Source: Candidatus Omnitrophota bacterium (GTDB lineage: Bacteria > Omnitrophota > Gorgyraeia > Gygaellales > Profunditerraquicolaceae). Taken from it: a stretch of DNA of 42,620 bases. How positions within the stretch are numbered: position 1 is the first letter of the stretch; the number at the start of each line of letters is the position of its first letter. Shown here piece by piece: positions 24,484 to 32,935 of this stretch. The notes under the pieces are model-generated. The model was given only the letters and a program-made list of their open reading frames with translations. It was not told the DNA's origin and did not search any database. The DNA lies in NCBI GenBank assembly GCA_023818655.1, contig JAMWCI010000003.1, forward strand, positions 1-42,620, given 5' to 3'. The position numbers and the translations under genes are program-made.

Positions 24484-25260
24484 TTAAACTGTCTTATATT
24501 CTCTCCAGAGCGCATCTAATGCCGCTGCAGCAGTCATGGAGAGTTTTATATCCACAAAGTCTGAAATCAGCGTTTTATCCGGATTTATTTCAACAGTCGG
24601 TTTGTTTTGATTCTTTGCCTGAATTATCGGCTCTTGAATATAAGGAAAAACGCTGGTTGTGCCCACAGAAAAATAAATATCAAATCCTTGGTTAAGCTGT
24701 TCATATAGAATGCGTAATTTTTCATAAGGAAGCTCTTCTCCGAAAAACACTACCTCCGGACGCACTATATGGCTGCATCGGGGGCATAAAGGAGGTATTT
24801 TGAGACCGGCGTAGTCCTTTACCGCAGATCTCCATCCGCAAGAAACGCAGATAAGATGATGCGTATCTCCGTGAATATCAATGATATTTTTTGAGCCGGC
24901 TGCATGGTGAAAACCATCTATATTTTGTGTCAGAACCCAGACCCTTTCAAAATTCCTTTCCATCTCGGCAATTACTTCATGAGCGCGATTATAGGTGGCA
25001 TTCCGACAATTCTCTTCTATCTGGGCTAGATATTTCCAGGTTACTTCCGGCTTATTTCTAAGCATCTCTCCTGCCAGAGCCATTTCAATGGGGATGCCAT
25101 CAACGGTAGTCTTGCCGTTGTACAAACCTCCTACGCCCCTATAAGTAGGCAATCCTGAATCAGCGGATACGCCTGCGCCGGTAATAAAAAATATGCTTTT
25201 AGACCGCTTAAGTAATTGCGCTACCTTTTTTATCTTTCCTTCCTCATTCACCATAACCAA
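24484..25260 (-). CDS. cobB: NAD-dependent protein deacylase, Sir2/CobB family
   Basis: GAGVSADSGLPTYRG, QNIDGFH, and zinc Cys pairs CVSCGW...CPRCSH. Confidence 0.9.
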   Translation of the reverse strand: MVMVNEEGKIKKVAQLLKRSKSIFFITGAGVSADSGLPTYRGVGGLYNGKTTVDGIPIEMALAGEMLRNKPEVTWKYLAQIEENCRNATYNRAHEVIAEMERNFERVWVLTQNIDGFHHAAGSKNIIDIHGDTHHLICVSCGWRSAVKDYAGLKIPPLCPRCSHIVRPEVVFFGEELPYEKLRILYEQLNQGFDIYFSVGTTSVFPYIQEPIIQAKNQNKPTVEINPDKTLISDFVDIKLSMTAAAALDALWREYKTV

Positions 25261-25273
25261 GACTCATTGCCCT

Positions 25274-26356
25274 TCAATCAGATAAACGGATTTGTATCAA
25301 CTCATAATCTAGACTGCCCAAACCAAGCCTCTCCGCATATTCAAGTTGCTTAAACCCGTTCCGCTGTGGATGCACTTCCTTAAAGATATCCTTTCCACAG
25401 GCTTTGTTGACTAAATCAAGACAGGCCTTATCCAGACTCACCGGATCCTGAGAGGCTAAAATACCGATATCCGGCGAAATGCGGGGATCATCCTTAGCCA
25501 GACAGTCGCATTCTTTGGTAATTTTTATGGCAAAATTGATGAAGGCGCACGAATCTTTCTTGTCTTTCAATACGGACTTTGCATATTCTACCATTCGTTC
25601 CTGTATTAATTCTCCTCCCTTATCCCAGTGCACATCAATGGCAGAAAACGGACAAACGGCAATGCAGGTAGCACAACCAATACAAATAGCATTATCTATA
25701 TGCGACTTGTTTTTCTTAAGACTAATTGCTGACACAGGACAGACCTTAACGCATTCGCCGCAACCTGTGCATTTCTCCATTGCCACGTAAGGTGCCAAAT
25801 CTGAATGCTGGGCTAATTTACCCTCCCTGCTGGCACAACCCATACCTATATTCTTTAAAGCCCCTCCAAAACCAGTCATGATATGGCCTTTAAAATGGGC
25901 TATACCTATCAGCACATCCGCATCTAAAAACACCCTGGCTATCTTTGCTGTCTTTATAAACCTTCCCCCTATTTCTATCTCTTGGATGTCCGCCTTTATT
26001 TTCTCATCGGGTATAATGACCTTTGCGCCTATTAATTCCCTTTTAAAACCGTGTTCAGCGGCAAGCCGAAGATGTTCAGCAGAAGACGTCCTCCTGCCTT
26101 TATAAAGAGTATTGGTATCCGAAAGAAAAGGCTGTGCGCCTTTAGACAAAAGATAATCTACAATAAGACGCACATATTCGGCTTTTACGAAACCGGTATT
26201 GCCCTCTTCTCCAAAATGCATCTTAATACAGACGCTGCTTCCTTTATTTACAAAACCGAGTATCCGACTGTCTAACAAGAGCTGTGTTAATTTTATTTTT
26301 ATATCCACCGCAGTATCAACATTATTAACCGCAATAAAATAAACCCTGCTCTTCAT
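25274..26356 (-). CDS. DUF362-domain protein with 2x[4Fe-4S] ferredoxin insert
   Basis: DUF362-like N-terminus, plus CTGCGECVKVCP and CIGCATCIAVCP. Confidence 0.8.
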   Translation of the reverse strand: MKSRVYFIAVNNVDTAVDIKIKLTQLLLDSRILGFVNKGSSVCIKMHFGEEGNTGFVKAEYVRLIVDYLLSKGAQPFLSDTNTLYKGRRTSSAEHLRLAAEHGFKRELIGAKVIIPDEKIKADIQEIEIGGRFIKTAKIARVFLDADVLIGIAHFKGHIMTGFGGALKNIGMGCASREGKLAQHSDLAPYVAMEKCTGCGECVKVCPVSAISLKKNKSHIDNAICIGCATCIAVCPFSAIDVHWDKGGELIQERMVEYAKSVLKDKKDSCAFINFAIKITKECDCLAKDDPRISPDIGILASQDPVSLDKACLDLVNKACGKDIFKEVHPQRNGFKQLEYAERLGLGSLDYELIQIRLSD

Positions 26357-26595
26357 TTATCCTCTTGTTTGTCGATTTCTATCCTCTGAGCCTTTACCTC
26401 TTTGGCGGCAAGATATTCTAACGCCTTCTCTATTTCACTTTCCCGCCCTTCTATCTGCAATATCGCCCAACCGGATGACATGGAGAACGACGCCTCAATG
26501 ATATTCACGTCTATATCAAAATTTTTGCACATATAGCATATTATCGCTTCATCCTTTAAGCTGCCTGGAAAAGTCAAACCCAAAGCAATCTTCAT
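26353..26595 (-). CDS. NIL-domain protein
   Basis: 80 aa. LTFPGSLKDEAIICYMCKNFDIDVNIIEASF...GWAILQIEG resembles stand-alone NIL domains. 4-nt overlap with the ferredoxin gene. Confidence 0.6.
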   Translation of the reverse strand: MKIALGLTFPGSLKDEAIICYMCKNFDIDVNIIEASFSMSSGWAILQIEGRESEIEKALEYLAAKEVKAQRIEIDKQEDK

Positions 26596-26608
26596 CTTGT
26601 AGCTCCTT

Positions 26609-27418
26609 TTATTTAGAAATAGCCTTTATAAATTCAGAAATAGCTGTAAGATACTCTTTGGAAGAATCCAAAAAAGCAGTATTATGCCCCCCATTTAATT
26701 CTACGAAATATTTGGGATGGTTAGCAGCAGAAAAGAGCTTTTGCGCCAAAACAACAGGAACTACTTCGTCCTGACGACTATGCAAGAACAATTTAGGGAC
26801 ATTAATCACCCTTATCTTAGTTAGGGAATCATAACTGTTGGCAAAAACAAAATTCGGTAAAAAAGGGTATATCTTTTTTGCCATATCCCTGCCACGCGAG
26901 AAAGTCCCCTCTAGGATAATCCCGCCTATTTTTTCTCTGGTAGCTAAATCAATAGCTACGGCCGTACCCAGAGACTCGCCGTAAAGGATAATCTGTTCTG
27001 GTAAAATATTGTATTTCTCTCGCAAATATCTATAGGATGCTACTGCGTCTTTGTAAAAACCTGCTTCTTGCGGGCTACCCTTACTTTTACCATATCCGCG
27101 ATAATCAATAATATAAACATTCAGCCCCAACTCATACAACATTCTTATTTTTTCTAGACGACCGGAGATGTTTCCGGAATTTCCATGCAGAAAAAGTATG
27201 GTGTATCTGCCGATTGGAGAACGAATAAACCAACCGTTTATCCCTAGATTATCCTCAGTAGAAAAATTCACTTCTTCATATGGAAGGCCTATCGCAGAAG
27301 GATATACCTCAATTTCCTTTTGGGGAAAATAGATGGCCTTTCTCTCCAAAAATTTTAAGTAGAAAAAGAAAACGCATATTACCGCGATTATTATAAGCGG
27401 AAACCTAATAACAACCAT
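26609..27418 (-). CDS. alpha/beta hydrolase with N-terminal membrane anchor
   Basis: HGNSGN and the nucleophile elbow GESLGT, with a late D...H. Confidence 0.85.
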   Translation of the reverse strand: MVVIRFPLIIIAVICVFFFYLKFLERKAIYFPQKEIEVYPSAIGLPYEEVNFSTEDNLGINGWFIRSPIGRYTILFLHGNSGNISGRLEKIRMLYELGLNVYIIDYRGYGKSKGSPQEAGFYKDAVASYRYLREKYNILPEQIILYGESLGTAVAIDLATREKIGGIILEGTFSRGRDMAKKIYPFLPNFVFANSYDSLTKIRVINVPKLFLHSRQDEVVPVVLAQKLFSAANHPKYFVELNGGHNTAFLDSSKEYLTAISEFIKAISK

Positions 27419-27423
27419 CCTAT

Positions 27424-27609
27424 TTACTTGTTCTTCTTATTTTTGCGGGAAGTGCAGCGGATATCCTTAAGCATTCTTTCGTATGCCTGTTGAGGAGTTT
27501 TTCCTTCAGTCAAATGCCTACAGCGGACTGCCGCATAACCTCTCCTGTTCTTGATTTTAAAAATCTCAACCCATAGATTGCCTATTTTTCTCATTAAATT
27601 AAAAACCAT
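27424..27609 (-). CDS. small basic hypothetical protein
   Basis: 61-aa ORF with a K/R-rich C-terminus, 1 nt downstream of the 112-aa ORF. No family recognised. Confidence 0.35.
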   Translation of the reverse strand: MVFNLMRKIGNLWVEIFKIKNRRGYAAVRCRHLTEGKTPQQAYERMLKDIRCTSRKNKKNK

Positions 27610-27610
27610 C

Positions 27611-27949
27611 TTATTTGTATGCCTGAAAACCGGGGAGGCGTTCGCTTTTTACGCGCTGGAAACGTTCATCTTCAACACTCATTAGTGCTTTGATATAACG
27701 CCACGGTATAAGTATGTTTGCCTTAAGTTTTTCTTTGGTTTGCTTTGCCGGAGGGATGAGATTGCCTTGCTCATCCCACCAGACACCAAGTTCATAGGAG
27801 GGGTTTTCTATCCATATCCCCACGTCATCAACTCCGGTAACCACGGCCCAGGATTCATCTTTGTAAATCTGAAAAAGCCCTAAGTCAGAGCGAATCTCTT
27901 CGGAAAATTTAAAAAGCACTAATCGACCCTTCAGTTCTCCCAATTGCAT
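27611..27949 (-). CDS. hypothetical protein
   Basis: 112-aa ORF. GGAGAAAAAT precedes the ATG. No family recognised. Confidence 0.45.
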   Translation of the reverse strand: MQLGELKGRLVLFKFSEEIRSDLGLFQIYKDESWAVVTGVDDVGIWIENPSYELGVWWDEQGNLIPPAKQTKEKLKANILIPWRYIKALMSVEDERFQRVKSERLPGFQAYK

Positions 27950-28297
27950 ATTTTTCTCCTATTAGTTAGGATACCTCAAACTGTTTATTGAATGTCTTGT
28001 ATCTTGAAAGAATAGCGCCTCAAGAGTTTTGCTCCGGATAAAAAAACAGATATTTTGTGCTGTGTATAGTTATTTTATTCTACCACTACCAAGATGTTTT
28101 CTGACTCTTGGCCATTACAGACCTGCTGCCATTTGGTTCTTGCTTCTTCTTAAATATTGTAATCCGTATTTTCATATATATCAGCGTTAAACCCTGCCTT
28201 AGATAATTTTCGCCTGAGGAAATCCCCTAAAACTTCAATTCCTCGTATATCTTTCGTATCCTTTTCTGGCTAAGTGAACTCCTGTATTGTAAAAGCG

Positions 28298-28576
28298 CTA
28301 ACCAGCTATCCTGTCAAATTCTTCTACAGTGACTGCCGGATATGTCGTAAAGCCGATTCCGGTAAGCTTGGTAATCGCAATGGAAGCCTTAAGGGCTTCT
28401 TTATTATTCGGAAAATCCGCTATAAAAGCCAAATCGTAATTACCAAGCAATGCGTACATTGCCTCTACCTTGCCTCCTACTTTTTCGATAGCATCGGTCA
28501 CCTTCTTGGTGCGCTCCGCGGCAATACCTTTTATTGCCTCCGTAGAATATTTTCCCAGCATTAAATATTTTGCCAT
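28298..28576 (-). CDS. GYD-domain protein
   Basis: MAKYLMLGKYSTEAIKGI...ALLGNYDLAFIADFP. The ATG at 28576 is preceded by AAGGAGGTG. Confidence 0.75.
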   Translation of the reverse strand: MAKYLMLGKYSTEAIKGIAAERTKKVTDAIEKVGGKVEAMYALLGNYDLAFIADFPNNKEALKASIAITKLTGIGFTTYPAVTVEEFDRIAG

Positions 28577-28710
28577 TGCTCTCACCTCCTTTAGTTATTT
28601 TTTATTATTTTACCTTAAGGACATTGTCTTTGCAAGGATTCTTACAGGATAGTTAAGCAAGCAATATTAGTATTGCTTTAAGCCATAAAATACTTATAAT
28701 AACTTTAATA

Positions 28711-29967
28711 ATGCACCCTATACTAAAGAAAATTATTACCTCAAATTATTTTTTTGTCGCAACTATAACCCTCTTTATTATCGCTTTAGGTTTAACCGCG
28801 GTAGCTAGAGGTGGCAGGGATTTAAAAGTCGGGCTATTCGGCGTAGAACAGGTTATTCATAAGAAAAGTCCTTATGATAATCCCCTTGACCATAATCGGG
28901 TTATCTTCCGCTATGCACCAGCTTTTACACTCCTGCAGTATCCTTATTTGTTAAAAAGTAAAATGACCGCCCCTTTTGAATTCAGCGGCATAACGACTTC
29001 AATTATCGCCTGGTATCTAACAGTTATTCTCTCTCTTTTTGTCAGCGGATGGCTATTAACTAAAATTATGCCGGCTGTATCACCAAAAACAAGTTTTATG
29101 AATCTAAAGATAAGTTTTCTTTTATGCCTGCCAGCTATAGGATACGAACTGTCAAACGGACAGAATAAACTATTCTCCCTGTGTCTTATGTTTATTGCTA
29201 TTTATCTCTTTGAGAAAAAAAGGTTCTTTTTCTCCTCTATCTTCTTCAATCTGGCTATTACGGTTTATATCCCTCTGGTTTTTTTCGCGATTTATTTTAT
29301 TTTAAAAAGCAAGGGAAGATACATCTTTAGTCTTATTAACGGCTGCCTGCTTATATTCATTATCCTGCCATCACTAATATTCGGCTTTGAATTCAATCTT
29401 TATTTGCTTAAAGACTGGTTTATCCGTTGCTTAAAACCGTTCTTCTTCGCCGATACTTATGCCACTTACATTGACCTGAGAACCAGCAGTCACTCGCTAC
29501 CCAGCGCCATAGGCAGGATGTTTGTCTCTGGCTTTACAGGTGCATTCAATTACCGCATCTCTCCAATCCTGATTCACATTTTAATCATGACTATCACGGC
29601 AATTATCCTCCTTGTTTCTTGCCTTGTTGCCTGGATAAATTCAAAAGAAAACTGCCGCGGCCTATTATACGCGATTTTCTTGATTTTAGCTTTAATCCTG
29701 CCTGCCTACTGCATTTATTACACCTGGGCATGGCTTTTTGTTGCTTACTTTGCGGTCTTCAGCTACCTTGATTCCAGAGAAACTTTTGAAAAAGCAGAAA
29801 AAATACTGGCTTTTTTTACTGGACTATTAGTGATAGCCAGTTGGCTCTTTTCCCTGCCTCCATTTAATCATCTTTCTTTTCTATTCTGGGCCACTTTTTT
29901 ATTCTGGCTTAATCTAGTATTAGTTATTTTTAACAATAACCGTGTATCCTTGCGCATAACCAGGTAA
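28711..29967 (+). CDS. polytopic membrane protein, GT-C-like (DUF2029/GT87-like) putative glycosyltransferase
   Basis: 418 aa with many TM segments, immediately upstream of a GT2 gene. The family assignment is by general resemblance only. Confidence 0.45.
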   Translation: MHPILKKIITSNYFFVATITLFIIALGLTAVARGGRDLKVGLFGVEQVIHKKSPYDNPLDHNRVIFRYAPAFTLLQYPYLLKSKMTAPFEFSGITTSIIAWYLTVILSLFVSGWLLTKIMPAVSPKTSFMNLKISFLLCLPAIGYELSNGQNKLFSLCLMFIAIYLFEKKRFFFSSIFFNLAITVYIPLVFFAIYFILKSKGRYIFSLINGCLLIFIILPSLIFGFEFNLYLLKDWFIRCLKPFFFADTYATYIDLRTSSHSLPSAIGRMFVSGFTGAFNYRISPILIHILIMTITAIILLVSCLVAWINSKENCRGLLYAIFLILALILPAYCIYYTWAWLFVAYFAVFSYLDSRETFEKAEKILAFFTGLLVIASWLFSLPPFNHLSFLFWATFLFWLNLVLVIFNNNRVSLRITR

Positions 29968-29972
29968 GTTCT

Positions 29973-30716
29973 ATGAAAGAAGCGCTTTCTATTATCCTCA
30001 TCGCCCATAACGAAGAAAAGAATATCGGCTCAATGATTGAGGGACTACTTAAGCATTACTCCAAAGAAATTATGGAGATTCTCGTCGTAGACGACGCCAG
30101 TACAGACGAAACCGCCGCTATCGCAGAATCCTGGCAAAGGCGCAATCTCAAAGTTAAATTAATTCTCAGAACACCGCCCTGCGGAGTAGGCCGCGCCTTA
30201 AGAACCGGATTTTCTCATGTGCATCCGCAAGCAAAATACATTCTTACGATGGATAGCGATTTTACAAAAAATATTGAACAAGTCTCCTCCTTGCTTGAGG
30301 TAATAGAGAAAAGCGACTGCGATGGTGTTATCGGCTCACGCTTTATTCCGGGAAGCATCCTGATAAATTATCCTCTCTTAAAAAAACTGATGAACAGATT
30401 ATTCCATGCCCTGGTAAGACGAATCTTCCATATCCAACAGCATGACCTAACGAATAACTTTAAGCTCTATAAGGTAGAGATAATAAAAGGAATGCCCTGG
30501 CGGAGCAATGACTTTGCCTTAAATGCGGAGACTGGAATATTCCCTATTATAGCCGGATATAACGTAAAAGAATTTCCTGTGGTTTGGGCTGGCCGAAGCC
30601 AAGATATGGGTAAAACTAAGTTCAGTATCTTTAAGTTTGGAGGTAGTTATATCCGCGTAATCTTCTATTCCTGGATACTCCTGCGCCAGAAAAGAAAAAT
30701 TTCCCTAAAATTGTAG
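29973..30716 (+). CDS. family 2 glycosyltransferase (polyprenyl-phosphate sugar synthase-like)
   Basis: LSIILIAHNEEKNI, VVDDASTDET and MDSDF (DxD) motifs. Confidence 0.85.
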   Translation: MKEALSIILIAHNEEKNIGSMIEGLLKHYSKEIMEILVVDDASTDETAAIAESWQRRNLKVKLILRTPPCGVGRALRTGFSHVHPQAKYILTMDSDFTKNIEQVSSLLEVIEKSDCDGVIGSRFIPGSILINYPLLKKLMNRLFHALVRRIFHIQQHDLTNNFKLYKVEIIKGMPWRSNDFALNAETGIFPIIAGYNVKEFPVVWAGRSQDMGKTKFSIFKFGGSYIRVIFYSWILLRQKRKISLKL

Positions 30717-30885
30717 ATGAAGCGAAGCCTGCCTGTATATCCTATATACAGTTAGTCAGCAAGCTTTAGAGGCAAATCAAAAAAGATTATCCTCTTGAAT
30801 TAAAAAGTTCCAAAGAAATAGAAACACTAGATAGTTTATAAAAAACTGCCAATAATAATGCGACTACCAATTATTGCAAGCGTAA

Positions 30886-31614
30886 TTACTGTTTATTGGG
30901 AATCGTAGCTAAGATTTCCCACACTTTATCCCTCAGGAGAATAAAATCTTTTGGTTGGTATGCGCTGGTATCGATGGCAGGCAACACGGTTACCCGACAG
31001 AAGGCGCGGGTTTTAAAAATCCAGCTGCCCCGCGGTATAATATCCCAACTGCCCTCAATTCTAATCGGTAATATAGGCTTTTTCTCTTTTATGGCGAGTT
31101 TAAAAGCACCGTTTTTGAAATCATTCATCTGAGCGGAATGGCTGCGGGTGCCTTCAGGAAAGAAAAACACAGAAATACCTTCTCTTAACCAATAAGCTGC
31201 CTGACGGTAAACATCCCTTATGCTGCCGTATTGACCACGTACCAGTTTAATATGTCTCATCCAAGACATACACCAGCCGAAAACAGGAATTTTAAATAGA
31301 CTGCCTTTGGCTACCCATTTAAATTGCATATGGGTTTTATAAAGCAAGACTATGTCGGCCAAACTCTGATGGTTAGCCACTATTACATAAGTTTTCTTGG
31401 GGTCAATGTGTTCAAGACCCTGTATGTAGAACTTCCAGAAAGGATTTACTCCGATAATAACATCTGACCACCAAAAGCCCTGCGCATGGGCAAGCTTTCT
31501 CTTACTGTCAAAAAAAGGAGAAAAAAACACTCCCAGAAAGAAAACAATCAAGAATGCTATAAGCGTTGTTAATGCGGTTATAATCCAGAATACAATAGAT
31601 AGCAGTATTCTCAT
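30886..31614 (-). CDS. plsC: 1-acyl-sn-glycerol-3-phosphate acyltransferase
   Basis: NHQSLADI (HxxxxD) and FPEGTRS motifs, with an N-terminal TM segment. Confidence 0.85.
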   Translation of the reverse strand: MRILLSIVFWIITALTTLIAFLIVFFLGVFFSPFFDSKRKLAHAQGFWWSDVIIGVNPFWKFYIQGLEHIDPKKTYVIVANHQSLADIVLLYKTHMQFKWVAKGSLFKIPVFGWCMSWMRHIKLVRGQYGSIRDVYRQAAYWLREGISVFFFPEGTRSHSAQMNDFKNGAFKLAIKEKKPILPIRIEGSWDIIPRGSWIFKTRAFCRVTVLPAIDTSAYQPKDFILLRDKVWEILATIPNKQ

Positions 31615-31642
31615 TTTTCTATGTGGAGTGCCGTTTGCTAGT

Positions 31643-32581
31643 TTATTTTAATTCCCCTGAAATTTGATACAACACACCGCTAGCAATCTCTGGATGGGGA
31701 ATGGCAAATTTCCTAGCGGAAACAGTGATTCTTGTGCTCTTTTCCGATATCTGTGTAAGTCTTACGATGACCTTGGCGCCATATACTTCGGAAACAATAA
31801 TACCTGCTTGCCTATTCTCATTCTCTATCCTGCCAATACGCTGCAGTACTTGTAAGGCAGTATCATAAACCTTAAATATAGAAAAATCCAACTCTTGCTG
31901 GTCGCTATCTTTGCCGGATAAGGCGACAGCGGTTATAATAGGCGCAAAACCTGCACCTGTCAATGCCGCAGCTGCGTAAATACCGGTACCCCTTATTGCC
32001 GCCTCCTTCATAGGTTCCGTTAAAATAATAAGTGCCAGTTGCTCTACACTAATTATATTCTTAAAAGATTTTTTAAGGTTAATCTCGTATCCCTTGATCT
32101 CGGGGTGAGTTTTGTTCGCAAAATCCTTTAAAACTATCCTGCCTATACTCAGCTTAAGCAAATCTATCTGCATCCGCCTTGAAGGCTTTAGGCCTCTTTC
32201 TTTTTTATGAGATACTCTAAGAGAATCTACGTTCAGCCTGCCATCTTTATTCTTCTCCAGACTTATTTCTTTTAATTGCGCCTCGATAAAAGGAAGGTGT
32301 AATTTGCCTTTTAGCAATGAAGCTATATCATATCTTACGGATAACTCCGGCATATCTAAGAGGGTGGTATTGGAAAAACCTTTGGGGTTATACACCTTAA
32401 GATTGGCGATAACTATGGATTGGTTAAATAGATTTAAAGACAACCGGCCAATAGTTGCCTTTGCCCCAATGACTTTAGAAACCACCGTAGATACCGTGGC
32501 TCTAATGATAAAATCTTTGACAGATAAGATCGCTACTAAAAAGAATATAATAATAAGCAGAATTGCGCAGATTTTTTTCAT
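31643..32581 (-). CDS. exported hypothetical protein (AsmA/DUF748-like N-terminus)
   Basis: 312 aa with a signal/anchor sequence. The repetitive beta-rich N-terminal region resembles AsmA-like proteins only weakly. Confidence 0.4.
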   Translation of the reverse strand: MKKICAILLIIIFFLVAILSVKDFIIRATVSTVVSKVIGAKATIGRLSLNLFNQSIVIANLKVYNPKGFSNTTLLDMPELSVRYDIASLLKGKLHLPFIEAQLKEISLEKNKDGRLNVDSLRVSHKKERGLKPSRRMQIDLLKLSIGRIVLKDFANKTHPEIKGYEINLKKSFKNIISVEQLALIILTEPMKEAAIRGTGIYAAAALTGAGFAPIITAVALSGKDSDQQELDFSIFKVYDTALQVLQRIGRIENENRQAGIIVSEVYGAKVIVRLTQISEKSTRITVSARKFAIPHPEIASGVLYQISGELK

Positions 32582-32935
32582 ATGACGTTATTCTAACTCT
32601 CAGCCGAATAACGGTCAACTAAAATGAAGAATAATTCGTATTGCTTTATTTAAAGACCCTATCGCAACAATGACAGATACAGCAAAAATAACCCTTGTTG
32701 TTCTTTTGCAATTTTACGGCTCTGCCTTGCGCAATTTCTATACCGCATACCGGCTTTTAGTCATAACTGCATATGCTCATTTTGCCTGTCTATGTTTTTA
32801 TATTATTGCATTACTTAATTATATTGTGTTCGTTTCCGATTCTCTTTCTGCTCTTAAAAAATGATAAAGATATCCGCCTTTTTGTTTTTATTATTAAAGC
32901 ATTTTGCTTTATTCTCGAATGCAAAAGGAGAATAT

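Noticed and set aside
28150-28269. 39-codon open frame (PEKDTKDIRGIEVLGDFLRRKLSKAGFNADIYENTDYNI*) in the 348-bp gap downstream of the GYD gene.
   Set aside because: There is no start codon after the preceding stop, no RBS and no recognisable family. It may be a gene remnant, but that is not supportable.
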